From the IMG/VR virus record IMGVR_UViG_3300037089_000506: a stretch of DNA of 64,000 nucleotides. One strand, written 5' to 3'. The translations under genes were made by a program, and so were the position numbers. How positions within the stretch are numbered: position 1 is the stretch's first letter; every line of letters begins with the position of its first letter. This document shows positions 36,659 to 44,510 of this stretch, one piece after another. The DNA is from a virus. Below the pieces are notes generated by a model, which ran no database searches, was not told the origin of the DNA, and saw nothing but the letters and a program-made list of their open reading frames with translations.

Positions 36659-36982
36659 ATGGTAGATTTTTATGAGTTTGATACTACTCCTCTAGATGAA
36701 ATGGGGGTCCAAGTTTCCTCTTCTACAGATTACATGCCAGCCATGAGGACTGAGGCTAAGAGAATGCTGGAAATATGCAGAAAGCTCTGGCCCTCTATGG
36801 AATGGGGCATTAAAAGTAATCCTCATGATTTCGGCTCCTATCTGAGCATTATAGTTAAATTCAATGACGATGATGAAACTGTCTGGGACTATATCAACAA
36901 AATAGAAAATGAATGGCCCTCAACCTGGGACGAGTGCAATCAGAGGATTGCACAGCTCACTGAGAAGGATGAAGCAATATGA
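36659..36982 (+). CDS. Early hypothetical protein
   Basis: SD AAGGAG; 107 aa. Confidence 0.7.
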   Translation: MVDFYEFDTTPLDEMGVQVSSSTDYMPAMRTEAKRMLEICRKLWPSMEWGIKSNPHDFGSYLSIIVKFNDDDETVWDYINKIENEWPSTWDECNQRIAQLTEKDEAI

Positions 36983-37272
36983 CACACTACATTGCTATGG
37001 GAGGGGAGCATGGTTGTCTTCCTGATAACTGTTCATCCTATCGTTCAGAAGAAGATGCCATAGGGGGTATGGATTGTATCTATGAGCTTACCAATAAACA
37101 AAAGAGGGAGCTTAGGGTTCAAGGCTTAACGGAGCTTACCAGAAAGCAGGGTGGGGCATATTGTGAGGTTTCTGAGTGTGATTGTTCAGAGCCTTGGGAA
37201 CATGATGAAATGGGTAGTAGAAATGATTGGCCTGAATACTTTGATGAGGAGGACGAAGATGAAACGAGGTAA
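36979..37272 (+). CDS. Early hypothetical protein, Cys-rich and acidic
   Basis: ATGA overlap; HGCLPDNC...CEVSECDC. Confidence 0.65.
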   Translation: MTHYIAMGGEHGCLPDNCSSYRSEEDAIGGMDCIYELTNKQKRELRVQGLTELTRKQGGAYCEVSECDCSEPWEHDEMGSRNDWPEYFDEEDEDETR

Positions 37273-37531
37273 AATTATAGGGCTAGAGGGCTCCTGGGGT
37301 TCAGGCATAGCTACCCTCTATGTAGAGGATTCTAATGGGGATACTATTCCTCTGTATTGCGAGAACAGCCCTACTATTAAGGCATTGGATAATGCTTTTG
37401 GTGGGGTTATAGCCCCTGGGCATAGAGTCAATGTAGATGCCATCAAAGGTAAGATTATTTATTACAGTGAAGATAATATGGGTATGCTTGAAGGATTCAC
37501 AACGGAGGTGGGTTATGATGAGGACTTTTAG
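37259..37531 (+). CDS. Early hypothetical protein (start re-called to 37259)
   Basis: SD GAGGAGG before MKRGKIIG. Confidence 0.65.
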   Translation: MKRGKIIGLEGSWGSGIATLYVEDSNGDTIPLYCENSPTIKALDNAFGGVIAPGHRVNVDAIKGKIIYYSEDNMGMLEGFTTEVGYDEDF

Positions 37532-37910
37532 CCACGAAGAAATCATGGAATTTGCTGGCATCTCATGGATAAAAGAAATGTCCACTGAAGATACTGAACG
37601 TTTCAATAAAAAATATGATGATGCCCAAGAAGAGCTAGAAAATTTGAGATTAGCATATAAGACTCTTTCCCATAGCCTCAATGTTATGTCCTCTCATAAG
37701 AATATCATTAAAGCTATTCTTACCTGTATAATTCAGGATCATCGGACGTTACAACAATCCTTTTGGGGATTCATCTTTGCTCTTATTGAGGAATATGGCA
37801 AACTCGAAGAGGGAAGATATTCTGATGGTAGAAACGAAGCCTCATTGAAAGCTTGTAAAAAAATAGCTCAGTTCATTAAGACTGAAAGTATCTATCTTCC
37901 ATTGATATAA
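37515..37910 (+). CDS. Early hypothetical protein (start re-called to 37515/37518)
   Basis: SD GGAGG before MMRTFSHEE. Confidence 0.65.
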   Translation: MMRTFSHEEIMEFAGISWIKEMSTEDTERFNKKYDDAQEELENLRLAYKTLSHSLNVMSSHKNIIKAILTCIIQDHRTLQQSFWGFIFALIEEYGKLEEGRYSDGRNEASLKACKKIAQFIKTESIYLPLI

Positions 37911-37922
37911 GGAGAAAGTAAA

Positions 37923-38147
37923 ATGAAGCTTAAAATGTTGAATCCAATGAAATATCTATTAGGAAGAAATCGTATATATTTCTTTTTAATAGCAGGTACA
38001 TCATTGGTACTTATTATTTTGGCTATTATTGGTATTATTATAAATTCAATGTGGGTATTAGGAACAGCATTTTTTGCTTATGTAGTTTTAGGGGAGATTA
38101 GTAATGTTTTCATTACTTATCTTACCCAAAAAGCATACGAGAATTAA
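37923..38147 (+). CDS. Two-TM membrane protein
   Basis: Two hydrophobic segments; SD AAGGAG. Confidence 0.65.
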   Translation: MKLKMLNPMKYLLGRNRIYFFLIAGTSLVLIILAIIGIIINSMWVLGTAFFAYVVLGEISNVFITYLTQKAYEN

Positions 38148-38158
38148 GGGAGCATGGT

Positions 38159-38560
38159 ATGATGGACTTAAGCACAATGGAACGAATGAATAGATTAGCT
38201 GAGAGCAAAAGTCATCAGCCTATCTTTATCTCCAAGGAACAGATTGAAACTAATACTGTTCCTAAAATTCCCTATACGGGAGAAACAAGAGACTTTAAGC
38301 GATGGCGAACTGCTACCCTAGAAGAGGTAGATATCCCCGAGGTTAAATACTATGCTGATAGTGATAACCCGGTAAGATTTTTCGTATATATCTCAGGGAT
38401 GGGAGCAGAAGGAGAAGGTGCTATGACGACGCATCAACTTCTAAATACTATCTCTAGGATTGAGGAGAAATATCCACATCAGTTTGGATATGGGTTGTCG
38501 TTTTTTGGGGAGTTCCAGGGGTGGGTGACGGTGTATAAGAAGATAACTTCTCATACATAA
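38159..38560 (+). CDS. Early hypothetical protein
   Basis: SD GGGAG; 133 aa. Confidence 0.65.
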   Translation: MMDLSTMERMNRLAESKSHQPIFISKEQIETNTVPKIPYTGETRDFKRWRTATLEEVDIPEVKYYADSDNPVRFFVYISGMGAEGEGAMTTHQLLNTISRIEEKYPHQFGYGLSFFGEFQGWVTVYKKITSHT

Positions 38561-38840
38561 TCATTAGTAATTCTTTTACATTTTTAACATTATACTGTCT
38601 AAAATAAGGCATCAATTCATATTGTTGCTTTTGATACAGGGGGTCAAAACTTCCTGTATTTTTTTTTATCTCTTCATTTTCTTTATCTTCTTTTTGTAGT
38701 TGTGAATAGAACCATGCTAAATGTTCTGGGCATAGTATGCTTTTAGCATACTTAAACTTATAAGGTATTCTATCTATATCTGCTTTAGTTTTACATCTCA
38801 ATAGAACTAATAAATGAGCATAATACATTCCAGTGTACAT
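38454..38840 (-). CDS. Hypothetical protein (start probably 38840); 3' end overlaps the convergent gene by 107 bp
   Basis: TAATG coupling to 38840..39097; last ~30 codons look like read-through. Confidence 0.4.
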   Translation of the reverse strand: MYTGMYYAHLLVLLRCKTKADIDRIPYKFKYAKSILCPEHLAWFYSQLQKEDKENEEIKKNTGSFDPLYQKQQYELMPYFRQYNVKNVKELLMIMYEKLSSYTPSPTPGTPQKTTTHIQTDVDISPQS

Positions 38841-39097
38841 TAGAGTATACTTAAAATCCTCTGTTGACGAAGCTGATCCCATTCTTCTTCCTCAGTAAGG
38901 TTTTCATCCTCATTGATTATACTTTCAGTCATAGGAGGAGCATCAGGAGGGGAAGAAGCACCAGGGGGAGAAGCACCCTCTCCCTCAGAAGTATCCCTTA
39001 CTTCTTGAGCTTCCAATCCTGTTCCCATAGATTCAGTTCCCATATCAGGAGCATCCATTGAAACATCTTCCTCAAATTCAAATTGATTAAAATTCAT
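38840..39097 (-). CDS. Small acidic late protein
   Basis: E/D/P-rich; ACTAAA promoter at 39112-39117 and SD GAGG. Confidence 0.6.
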   Translation of the reverse strand: MNFNQFEFEEDVSMDAPDMGTESMGTGLEAQEVRDTSEGEGASPPGASSPPDAPPMTESIINEDENLTEEEEWDQLRQQRILSIL

Positions 39098-39111
39098 GCT
39101 AACCTCTCTTA

Positions 39112-39117
39112 TTTAGT
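39112..39117 (-). promoter_or_regulatory. Late promoter motif ACTAAA (leadered)
   Basis: ACTAAA TAAGA GAGGTTAGC ATG. Confidence 0.55.
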
Positions 39118-39165
39118 CTATATACTCCAAGTGTATTCCACTTTTTTCTTTTGGCTGAGGTAATT

Positions 39166-41052
39166 TTATATTAAACTGCATGATCCCCCAGCACAAGCTA
39201 TCTCTCCCCTTTGATTGGTTCCATCCTCAACTTCAGATACTTGGTTTATGTCAAAATTTCCTATTTTGGAATAGAGTTTATTATACTCTTCCTCTGTGCA
39301 TTCAGTGAAAGGAGCCTGATTATAGCTACCATTATCATAGGGTATAACAGCAATACCATTATAGTAATCTTTATTTTCCCACATCCATTTTCCCACAGAC
39401 TCCCATTCATCATCTTTTACAGAAACAGTTATTGATACATTATTTAGATTAGAGCCCTTTCTATGGCCAGGCCTAATCCAATCCTCATGAATAATCTTCA
39501 TTCGTTCTAATAAATCAAAAGGAGATTCATTTCTGAATACACTACCTTCAGGTGCCTTAATTGGAAACTTAAGTAAAGATTGATTAGATTTTACTAAATC
39601 ATCTTCAACTAAAACAGGATTATTGACATTCATATATTGATAAATAGCTTCGTTTTTTCCAGCTATAATTCTACGAATATAAAAAGGTGAGTGCCATGCA
39701 TGAATACCGGAGGATGTTCCTAGAACTGAAGAAGTTGTTCCCTCTGGTTTTACACAGGTAGTTCTAGCAGCTTTATTTATTCCTATTAATTTAGCTATAC
39801 GGGCATTCTCTTTTAAAATAATTTCAGCCCCTTGCTGTCTATCAATATTCTTCATAAACCCATTGGAAGCAATTCCTGTCATTGAGACTCCAATTAATGC
39901 CTCTTTTTCTGTAGTTTCTCTCCAACAATCCCTAAGATAATGAAAATCAGTATACCCTGCTTGTATGGTTCCTATAAAAGCTGCTGCCCTACAACGATTA
40001 TTAAAATCTTCTTGAGTTATAATATCTCCTGCATTCATCGTAGTTACATTACAGAATTGATTAGCCCGAAGTCCAATTTCAACACAAGGATTACACCCCC
40101 AATCTTTATCATTAGTAAAATAAACCCCAGGTTCACCACTATGAGCTAGTTCTGCTATTTTCCACAGAGCAAAAAAATCTTCTTTGGTTACTTTATGTCT
40201 TACTATAACAGCAGAATTATTAGCCCTACCCCGTTGTGGATTCAGTTCTGACCAGTTACCATATTTAGCTGTAAGCATCTCCTCATCATCAAGATTAAAT
40301 AATGAAATCATTGCAGCCCTGCGAATACCACCAGAAAGAACAGCGTCTGCAATATGACATTGAATATCATGAACCTCTATAGGTTTTAATTTTGTATTAT
40401 TACCTCTATCTTGGATAGCATTATCTAATATTTTTCTAATATTATGAACACAGTCTTTAAGAGGTTGAGGACCAGGAGCTTTACCACCTGAGGTAACTAA
40501 TCTAGCGCCCTTTGACCTAATATCCCTATAATCGAATTCTATCTCTCTGGTACCCTCAAAGTAGGATTTCATTAGCATTTTTATTGTATCTGCCCATCCT
40601 GTAATGTCATCTGTAATAAGAAATCGTTTTCGTCTCTCCTGTCCTTTTATCTTTATATCCCCACGTAAAGCAGGTAATTTGTCTATATGATGCTTCTGTA
40701 CTGAATACCCTACACCTGTTCCTCCTAAAAGTAGAAACATAGTTTCATTAAAAGCTTCAACAGCGTCCATAGGTAAATAACAACAATTATACATTCTATT
40801 AGGGCTCAATTCTATTGGCTTTCCAGCAAATTGTAATGCCCTCATTGAAGGCAATACCTTTTTTTCATATACAAGCTTAAATACTTCCCTAATTTCTTCT
40901 TCTAAAAGTGGGTACTTTCTAATATGCATATCCACATTCCTAGATACAATCTCTTCCCAGTTTTCTCTTCTTCCTTTTTCTGGTAAATACTTAGCATATT
41001 TCATATGTACAATAATATCAGAAAATATATCTTTAGACCTATCTTCGCTCAT
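39166..41052 (-). CDS. nrdJ: Class II (adenosylcobalamin-dependent) ribonucleotide reductase
   Basis: LPSMRALQFAG, NCC, GVGYSV, SGGIRRAAMI, NPCVEI, CVKPEGTTS, C-terminal CAGGSC redox pair. Confidence 0.92.
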   Translation of the reverse strand: MSEDRSKDIFSDIIVHMKYAKYLPEKGRRENWEEIVSRNVDMHIRKYPLLEEEIREVFKLVYEKKVLPSMRALQFAGKPIELSPNRMYNCCYLPMDAVEAFNETMFLLLGGTGVGYSVQKHHIDKLPALRGDIKIKGQERRKRFLITDDITGWADTIKMLMKSYFEGTREIEFDYRDIRSKGARLVTSGGKAPGPQPLKDCVHNIRKILDNAIQDRGNNTKLKPIEVHDIQCHIADAVLSGGIRRAAMISLFNLDDEEMLTAKYGNWSELNPQRGRANNSAVIVRHKVTKEDFFALWKIAELAHSGEPGVYFTNDKDWGCNPCVEIGLRANQFCNVTTMNAGDIITQEDFNNRCRAAAFIGTIQAGYTDFHYLRDCWRETTEKEALIGVSMTGIASNGFMKNIDRQQGAEIILKENARIAKLIGINKAARTTCVKPEGTTSSVLGTSSGIHAWHSPFYIRRIIAGKNEAIYQYMNVNNPVLVEDDLVKSNQSLLKFPIKAPEGSVFRNESPFDLLERMKIIHEDWIRPGHRKGSNLNNVSITVSVKDDEWESVGKWMWENKDYYNGIAVIPYDNGSYNQAPFTECTEEEYNKLYSKIGNFDINQVSEVEDGTNQRGEIACAGGSCSLI

Positions 41053-41061
41053 GAGACTCCC

Positions 41062-41301
41062 TTATATATTATAATTTTTTGTTATTAATGATTTTTTGAA
41101 CTTTCTATATTGTGCCATAAAAGGCTCTAATTTCTTCTCAAAGTCCTCCACTATGGCTATTACTTCTTTCTGCTTTTCCTCAGATAAATCGTGTAAAGAT
41201 ATCCCCTCTATATAATTATCATCTTCTTTTATTGCTATAACTTTGTAATCTTTACTATATTTCTCCTTCTCTTTATAATACTGAAATTCTTTTATCTTCA
41301 T
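41062..41301 (-). CDS. Hypothetical protein
   Basis: 79 aa, SD AAGGGG; ACTAAT at 41332-41337. Confidence 0.65.
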   Translation of the reverse strand: MKIKEFQYYKEKEKYSKDYKVIAIKEDDNYIEGISLHDLSEEKQKEVIAIVEDFEKKLEPFMAQYRKFKKSLITKNYNI

Positions 41302-41317
41302 GTGAACCCCTTTTCTT

Positions 41318-41337
41318 ACTAATTACATAGAATTAGT
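41318..41337. promoter_or_regulatory. Face-to-face pair of late promoter motifs (ACTAAT + at 41318-41323; ACTAAT - at 41332-41337)
   Basis: Sequence ACTAATTACATAGAATTAGT between divergent genes. Confidence 0.55.
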
Positions 41338-41776
41338 GGAGATACATAGAGTGTACTACGAAGGTGTAATAGAAGTCAATAGGAATGAAATAGACATCAA
41401 TCTTCAGGCTGAAGATGATGTACCAGAATATGATATTCAGATGAATAATGAGCCTGATACATTAGAAAAGTTTATGAGAGTGATAAAACCAGAATTTGCT
41501 CCCGATGAGCCCCCTGAGGCACCTGATGCTTATGCTCAAAAACTGCGAAAACAGGGCTATGGTTCTTTTTACACTTCTCAAACTAATATAAACGACTTGG
41601 TTAATCTCTATGCTACTACTGAGCCTAAAGACTTATATGGTTTTCCAGGTATTGAGGGCCCTCGTGAAAATGGGGATATAGTCTTTATTGAGACTATAAA
41701 AAACTTTAGTGGTGTAATAAATGAGAAAATACTAAAGAATAAAACAGTCCAATTTAGATACAGAGGAGTACTATAA
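41336..41776 (+). CDS. Hypothetical protein (GTG start uncertain)
   Basis: 146-aa acidic ORF. Confidence 0.6.
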   Translation: MEIHRVYYEGVIEVNRNEIDINLQAEDDVPEYDIQMNNEPDTLEKFMRVIKPEFAPDEPPEAPDAYAQKLRKQGYGSFYTSQTNINDLVNLYATTEPKDLYGFPGIEGPRENGDIVFIETIKNFSGVINEKILKNKTVQFRYRGVL

Positions 41777-42267
41777 TGTCCGATGAAATAAATGATCCTA
41801 CAGTAATGAAACCCTATGAAACATATTCAGATGAAGATGATAATCAACAAGATACTAATTCTGGATATCTAAAAATACTCTTTAACGATTATAAAACTAA
41901 AATACATTCAGCAGTTATCTATCTTGAGAAGATAAAGAGTCAAGGGGAAATACTGGATAAAACAGTTCATGAATGGACATCTACACTCCATAATAAATAT
42001 GAAGTATTAAATAAATTTCAACAGTCTCGTCCTCGAACTACAGTTCCAGGAGACTTCAATTTAGAAGACCGTTCACCTGCTATGACTAATACTGATGATG
42101 ATTTAAAATCTATTGATACTAAAATAACTGACCATTCAGAACAAATAAATTATAGTTTTGAAAAGTTAGAAAAATATTTAGAATTCTTAGGTACTACATT
42201 TTTAGATGCCCAGGATACCATCAATAAAATTTATGATAGGTATATGGAAATCTTTGAGAATATGTAA
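41776..42267 (+). CDS. Hypothetical coiled-coil protein
   Basis: TAATG coupling; helical composition. Confidence 0.65.
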   Translation: MSDEINDPTVMKPYETYSDEDDNQQDTNSGYLKILFNDYKTKIHSAVIYLEKIKSQGEILDKTVHEWTSTLHNKYEVLNKFQQSRPRTTVPGDFNLEDRSPAMTNTDDDLKSIDTKITDHSEQINYSFEKLEKYLEFLGTTFLDAQDTINKIYDRYMEIFENM

Positions 42268-42432
42268 TTACTTTCTCCAGTAAATATAATCTGTATTCCA
42301 ACCTGTAAAGGGTAGTACATAAATAATTGTCCACCCTACTTGCTTAGTATCCTCCATTACTCTTGCTAGTCTAATAAACAGAAACTGTAATAAAAAATAA
42401 TTTAAATAAAATAAAGGCTTATGTATTTTCAT
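42268..42432 (-). CDS. Small hypothetical protein (54 aa)
   Basis: MKIHKPLFYLNYFLLQFLFIRLARV...; fills the gap between ORFs. Confidence 0.45.
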   Translation of the reverse strand: MKIHKPLFYLNYFLLQFLFIRLARVMEDTKQVGWTIIYVLPFTGWNTDYIYWRK

Positions 42433-42433
42433 C

Positions 42434-42637
42434 TTATAGTCCCCCTACATTCCAGCCAGTCTTAATATCCTCTTCTGTTTTTATATCTTCATATATCTTC
42501 ACTATTTTCCATTTACCTTGTGAATCCTTCAATTGAACTATATTCCCTTCTTTTAATTTTCTATCTAATTTAATCCATCCTATAGTCCATGCATTATCCT
42601 TTACACGCCTGAACTCAGCTTGCTTGTATTCAGCCAT
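42434..42637 (-). CDS. Hypothetical protein
   Basis: SD CAGGAG; 67 aa. Confidence 0.65.
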   Translation of the reverse strand: MAEYKQAEFRRVKDNAWTIGWIKLDRKLKEGNIVQLKDSQGKWKIVKIYEDIKTEEDIKTGWNVGGL

Positions 42638-42672
42638 ATTTATTCTCCTGTATCTTCTAATATAAGCTTCCT

Positions 42673-42843
42673 TTAGTATCTCCAGTTGGAATGATGAATA
42701 CTATATCTCTTCTGGAGTTTTAGCTTTCTATTTTCCCTTATTCTATGTTTCTCTTTCAAAGCATAGTAAGGTTCATATATTCTATTAAAATCATCAGAAA
42801 CAATTATATCTTCTGTTCCCAAGAGCAATTGTAATTTACTCAT
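42673..42843 (-). CDS. Small hypothetical protein (56 aa)
   Basis: ATG overlaps the stop of 42836..43489; MSKLQLLLGTEDIIV... Confidence 0.4.
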   Translation of the reverse strand: MSKLQLLLGTEDIIVSDDFNRIYEPYYALKEKHRIRENRKLKLQKRYSIHHSNWRY

Positions 42844-43489
42844 ATATACTCCTCAAGTATTCATATCCTTCTACTATAAATTTGCCATAGATTTCATAAT
42901 TTGTCAAGGTCCCATACCAACCACAAGCAAAAGGATGATGAGCCTCAATCAATGCTAAACCTCTATCTGTAGTCATACCAAAATCTACAGCACCACAATA
43001 GTCTGAAGGAAACTGTATATCTAATTCAGGTGCTGCTTTATCTTCATGAGTATTACCTATATACCATGCTGCATACAAAAGTTTACCATTAATAACATAG
43101 TATCTCCATTCATCAATAAAAGTAATTATTTCTGAACATAAATATGGTGGCTTCTTCTTACCTCTATAAGTACTATCAGTAATTCTACCATCAAATCTCT
43201 TATACCTATCTGAGGGTTTAATAAATACCTTTTCACCTAAAGGCCATTTATCTGTTTCCCATACTTTTCTTTTTACCCAAGAAAATAAAAAGGAAGGAAA
43301 TGTGTCTGGTTTTATTTCCCATCCTGTTACTTTTAGAAACCATTCTACGGTTCCTACAGGTATATAATCTTTAGGGACTTCTTGTGCTCTTACTCTAATA
43401 CAAGGGATATGATTCATTGCAGCGTAAAGAACTATTGCTTTCTCCTCTATATTAGAGTTAGCACCTAGAGCGAAGCCTTTTACTTCCAT
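42836..43489 (-). CDS. ATP-grasp domain protein (DUF4343/R2K-like)
   Basis: PVGTVEW, VFIKPS..KRFDG, EWRYYVINGKL, VDFG...LIEAH. Confidence 0.75.
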   Translation of the reverse strand: MEVKGFALGANSNIEEKAIVLYAAMNHIPCIRVRAQEVPKDYIPVGTVEWFLKVTGWEIKPDTFPSFLFSWVKRKVWETDKWPLGEKVFIKPSDRYKRFDGRITDSTYRGKKKPPYLCSEIITFIDEWRYYVINGKLLYAAWYIGNTHEDKAAPELDIQFPSDYCGAVDFGMTTDRGLALIEAHHPFACGWYGTLTNYEIYGKFIVEGYEYLRSIYE

Positions 43490-43518
43490 GTATCTAAATC
43501 CTCATAAAATAGTTTTTT

Positions 43519-43719
43519 TCACCATCTCTCTACATGAGACAAGTCTAGTGGTTTTTCAACATGACTATTCTTTATATAAACAGTACAACCTATACCATTT
43601 GGAATAAACAAATATTTAAACTTTCCTTCATCTCCATATAATTCTTTTATTCTTTATTTCCATTACTCAGGTTCCTTTTCCTGTTCTTCATCTAATTTAA
43701 AACAATATGTATTTTTTAA
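43519..43719 (-). pseudogene. Degraded small gene with no start codon and two in-frame TAA
   Basis: Frame reads LKNTYCFKLDEEQEKEPE*WK*RIKELYGDEGKFKYLFIPNGIGCTVYIKNSHVEKPLDLSHVERW*; TAA at 43663-43665 and 43654-43656. Confidence 0.55.
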
Positions 43720-43921
43720 GCACCCTCACTTCATCCTCGGCTTTCTCGGCACGCTCCCGCTCGGCGGCAAGCTGAGATTGCACGAAGCGATCAATCATAA
43801 CACTGGCCAAATAGATCTGTTCAAATTCCTCGTTAGCGTTACCCGCAAGTGATAGCAATTCTGCAATGGATCGTGCCAGTTCTTTTGTGTTTTCGACATT
43901 CACTTCGTACTTGTCGCTCAT
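43697..43921 (-). CDS. Hypothetical protein in the GC-rich island
   Basis: SD AAGGAGG; ATGA coupling; C-terminal coiled coil LAAERERAEKAE. Confidence 0.65.
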   Translation of the reverse strand: MSDKYEVNVENTKELARSIAELLSLAGNANEEFEQIYLASVMIDRFVQSQLAAERERAEKAEDEVRVLKKYILF

Positions 43922-44485
43922 CGCTCTTCCTCCTTGGCAACCAGCACATACGACGAATACAGCTCGATGCCTTCCGGTTCTGATTTGTATTCAGCTCGCC
44001 AAGTTCGTGCCGCTTCCTCAATGGACTTAGCGACGACGCAATGTATTTGCGAGTGCAGACCCGTTCCTGTTATGCGGTATACTTTCATCATTTCTATTCC
44101 TCCTTGGCGCTCTCGGGATACTTTTGAGGATTAGAAGCAAATGCTTCCTGCTTAATCTCGGCATCCGAGGGTGGAAACGTCTTGGCGTTCTCAGTGGGGC
44201 GGGAGGCGAGAAGGGTGTCTAGGTCCTTGCGCTTGATATATTCGCCCTCACCTTTGGGGTAAATAGCCATCCATCCGTCGCCTTTTATGCGGACATAATC
44301 ATATCCCTCAATCTTTAACTCCTCCCCGCTCTCCGCTCCGCTCGGGGGCTCGGCGTCGAGCTTGGGCTTGGCGTCGTCGAGGGCATACCAAGCATGCCGT
44401 AGGTCAATATCCACTGCATCCAAAGTATCAGCGTCGCCTAAGTGCTCTAATGCAAGGGAGACAAATGCCTTCGCTCTGTCAATGG
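43720..44485. mobile_element. GC-rich horizontally acquired island (three small ORFs)
   Basis: Counted 33/60 GC at 43921-43980 and 41/60 at 44341-44400 versus 13/60 at 43561-43620. Confidence 0.75.
43918..44091 (-). CDS. Hypothetical protein in the GC-rich island (57 aa)
   Basis: MMKVYRITGTGLHSQIHCVVAKSIEEAARTW...; SD GAGG. Confidence 0.6.
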   Translation of the reverse strand: MMKVYRITGTGLHSQIHCVVAKSIEEAARTWRAEYKSEPEGIELYSSYVLVAKEEER

Positions 44486-44510
44486 CATTATCTTTTAGTT
44501 TTGCTAACAT
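44094..44510 (-). CDS. Hypothetical protein in the GC-rich island
   Basis: 138 aa; start overlaps the polymerase stop. Confidence 0.6.
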   Translation of the reverse strand: MLAKLKDNAIDRAKAFVSLALEHLGDADTLDAVDIDLRHAWYALDDAKPKLDAEPPSGAESGEELKIEGYDYVRIKGDGWMAIYPKGEGEYIKRKDLDTLLASRPTENAKTFPPSDAEIKQEAFASNPQKYPESAKEE

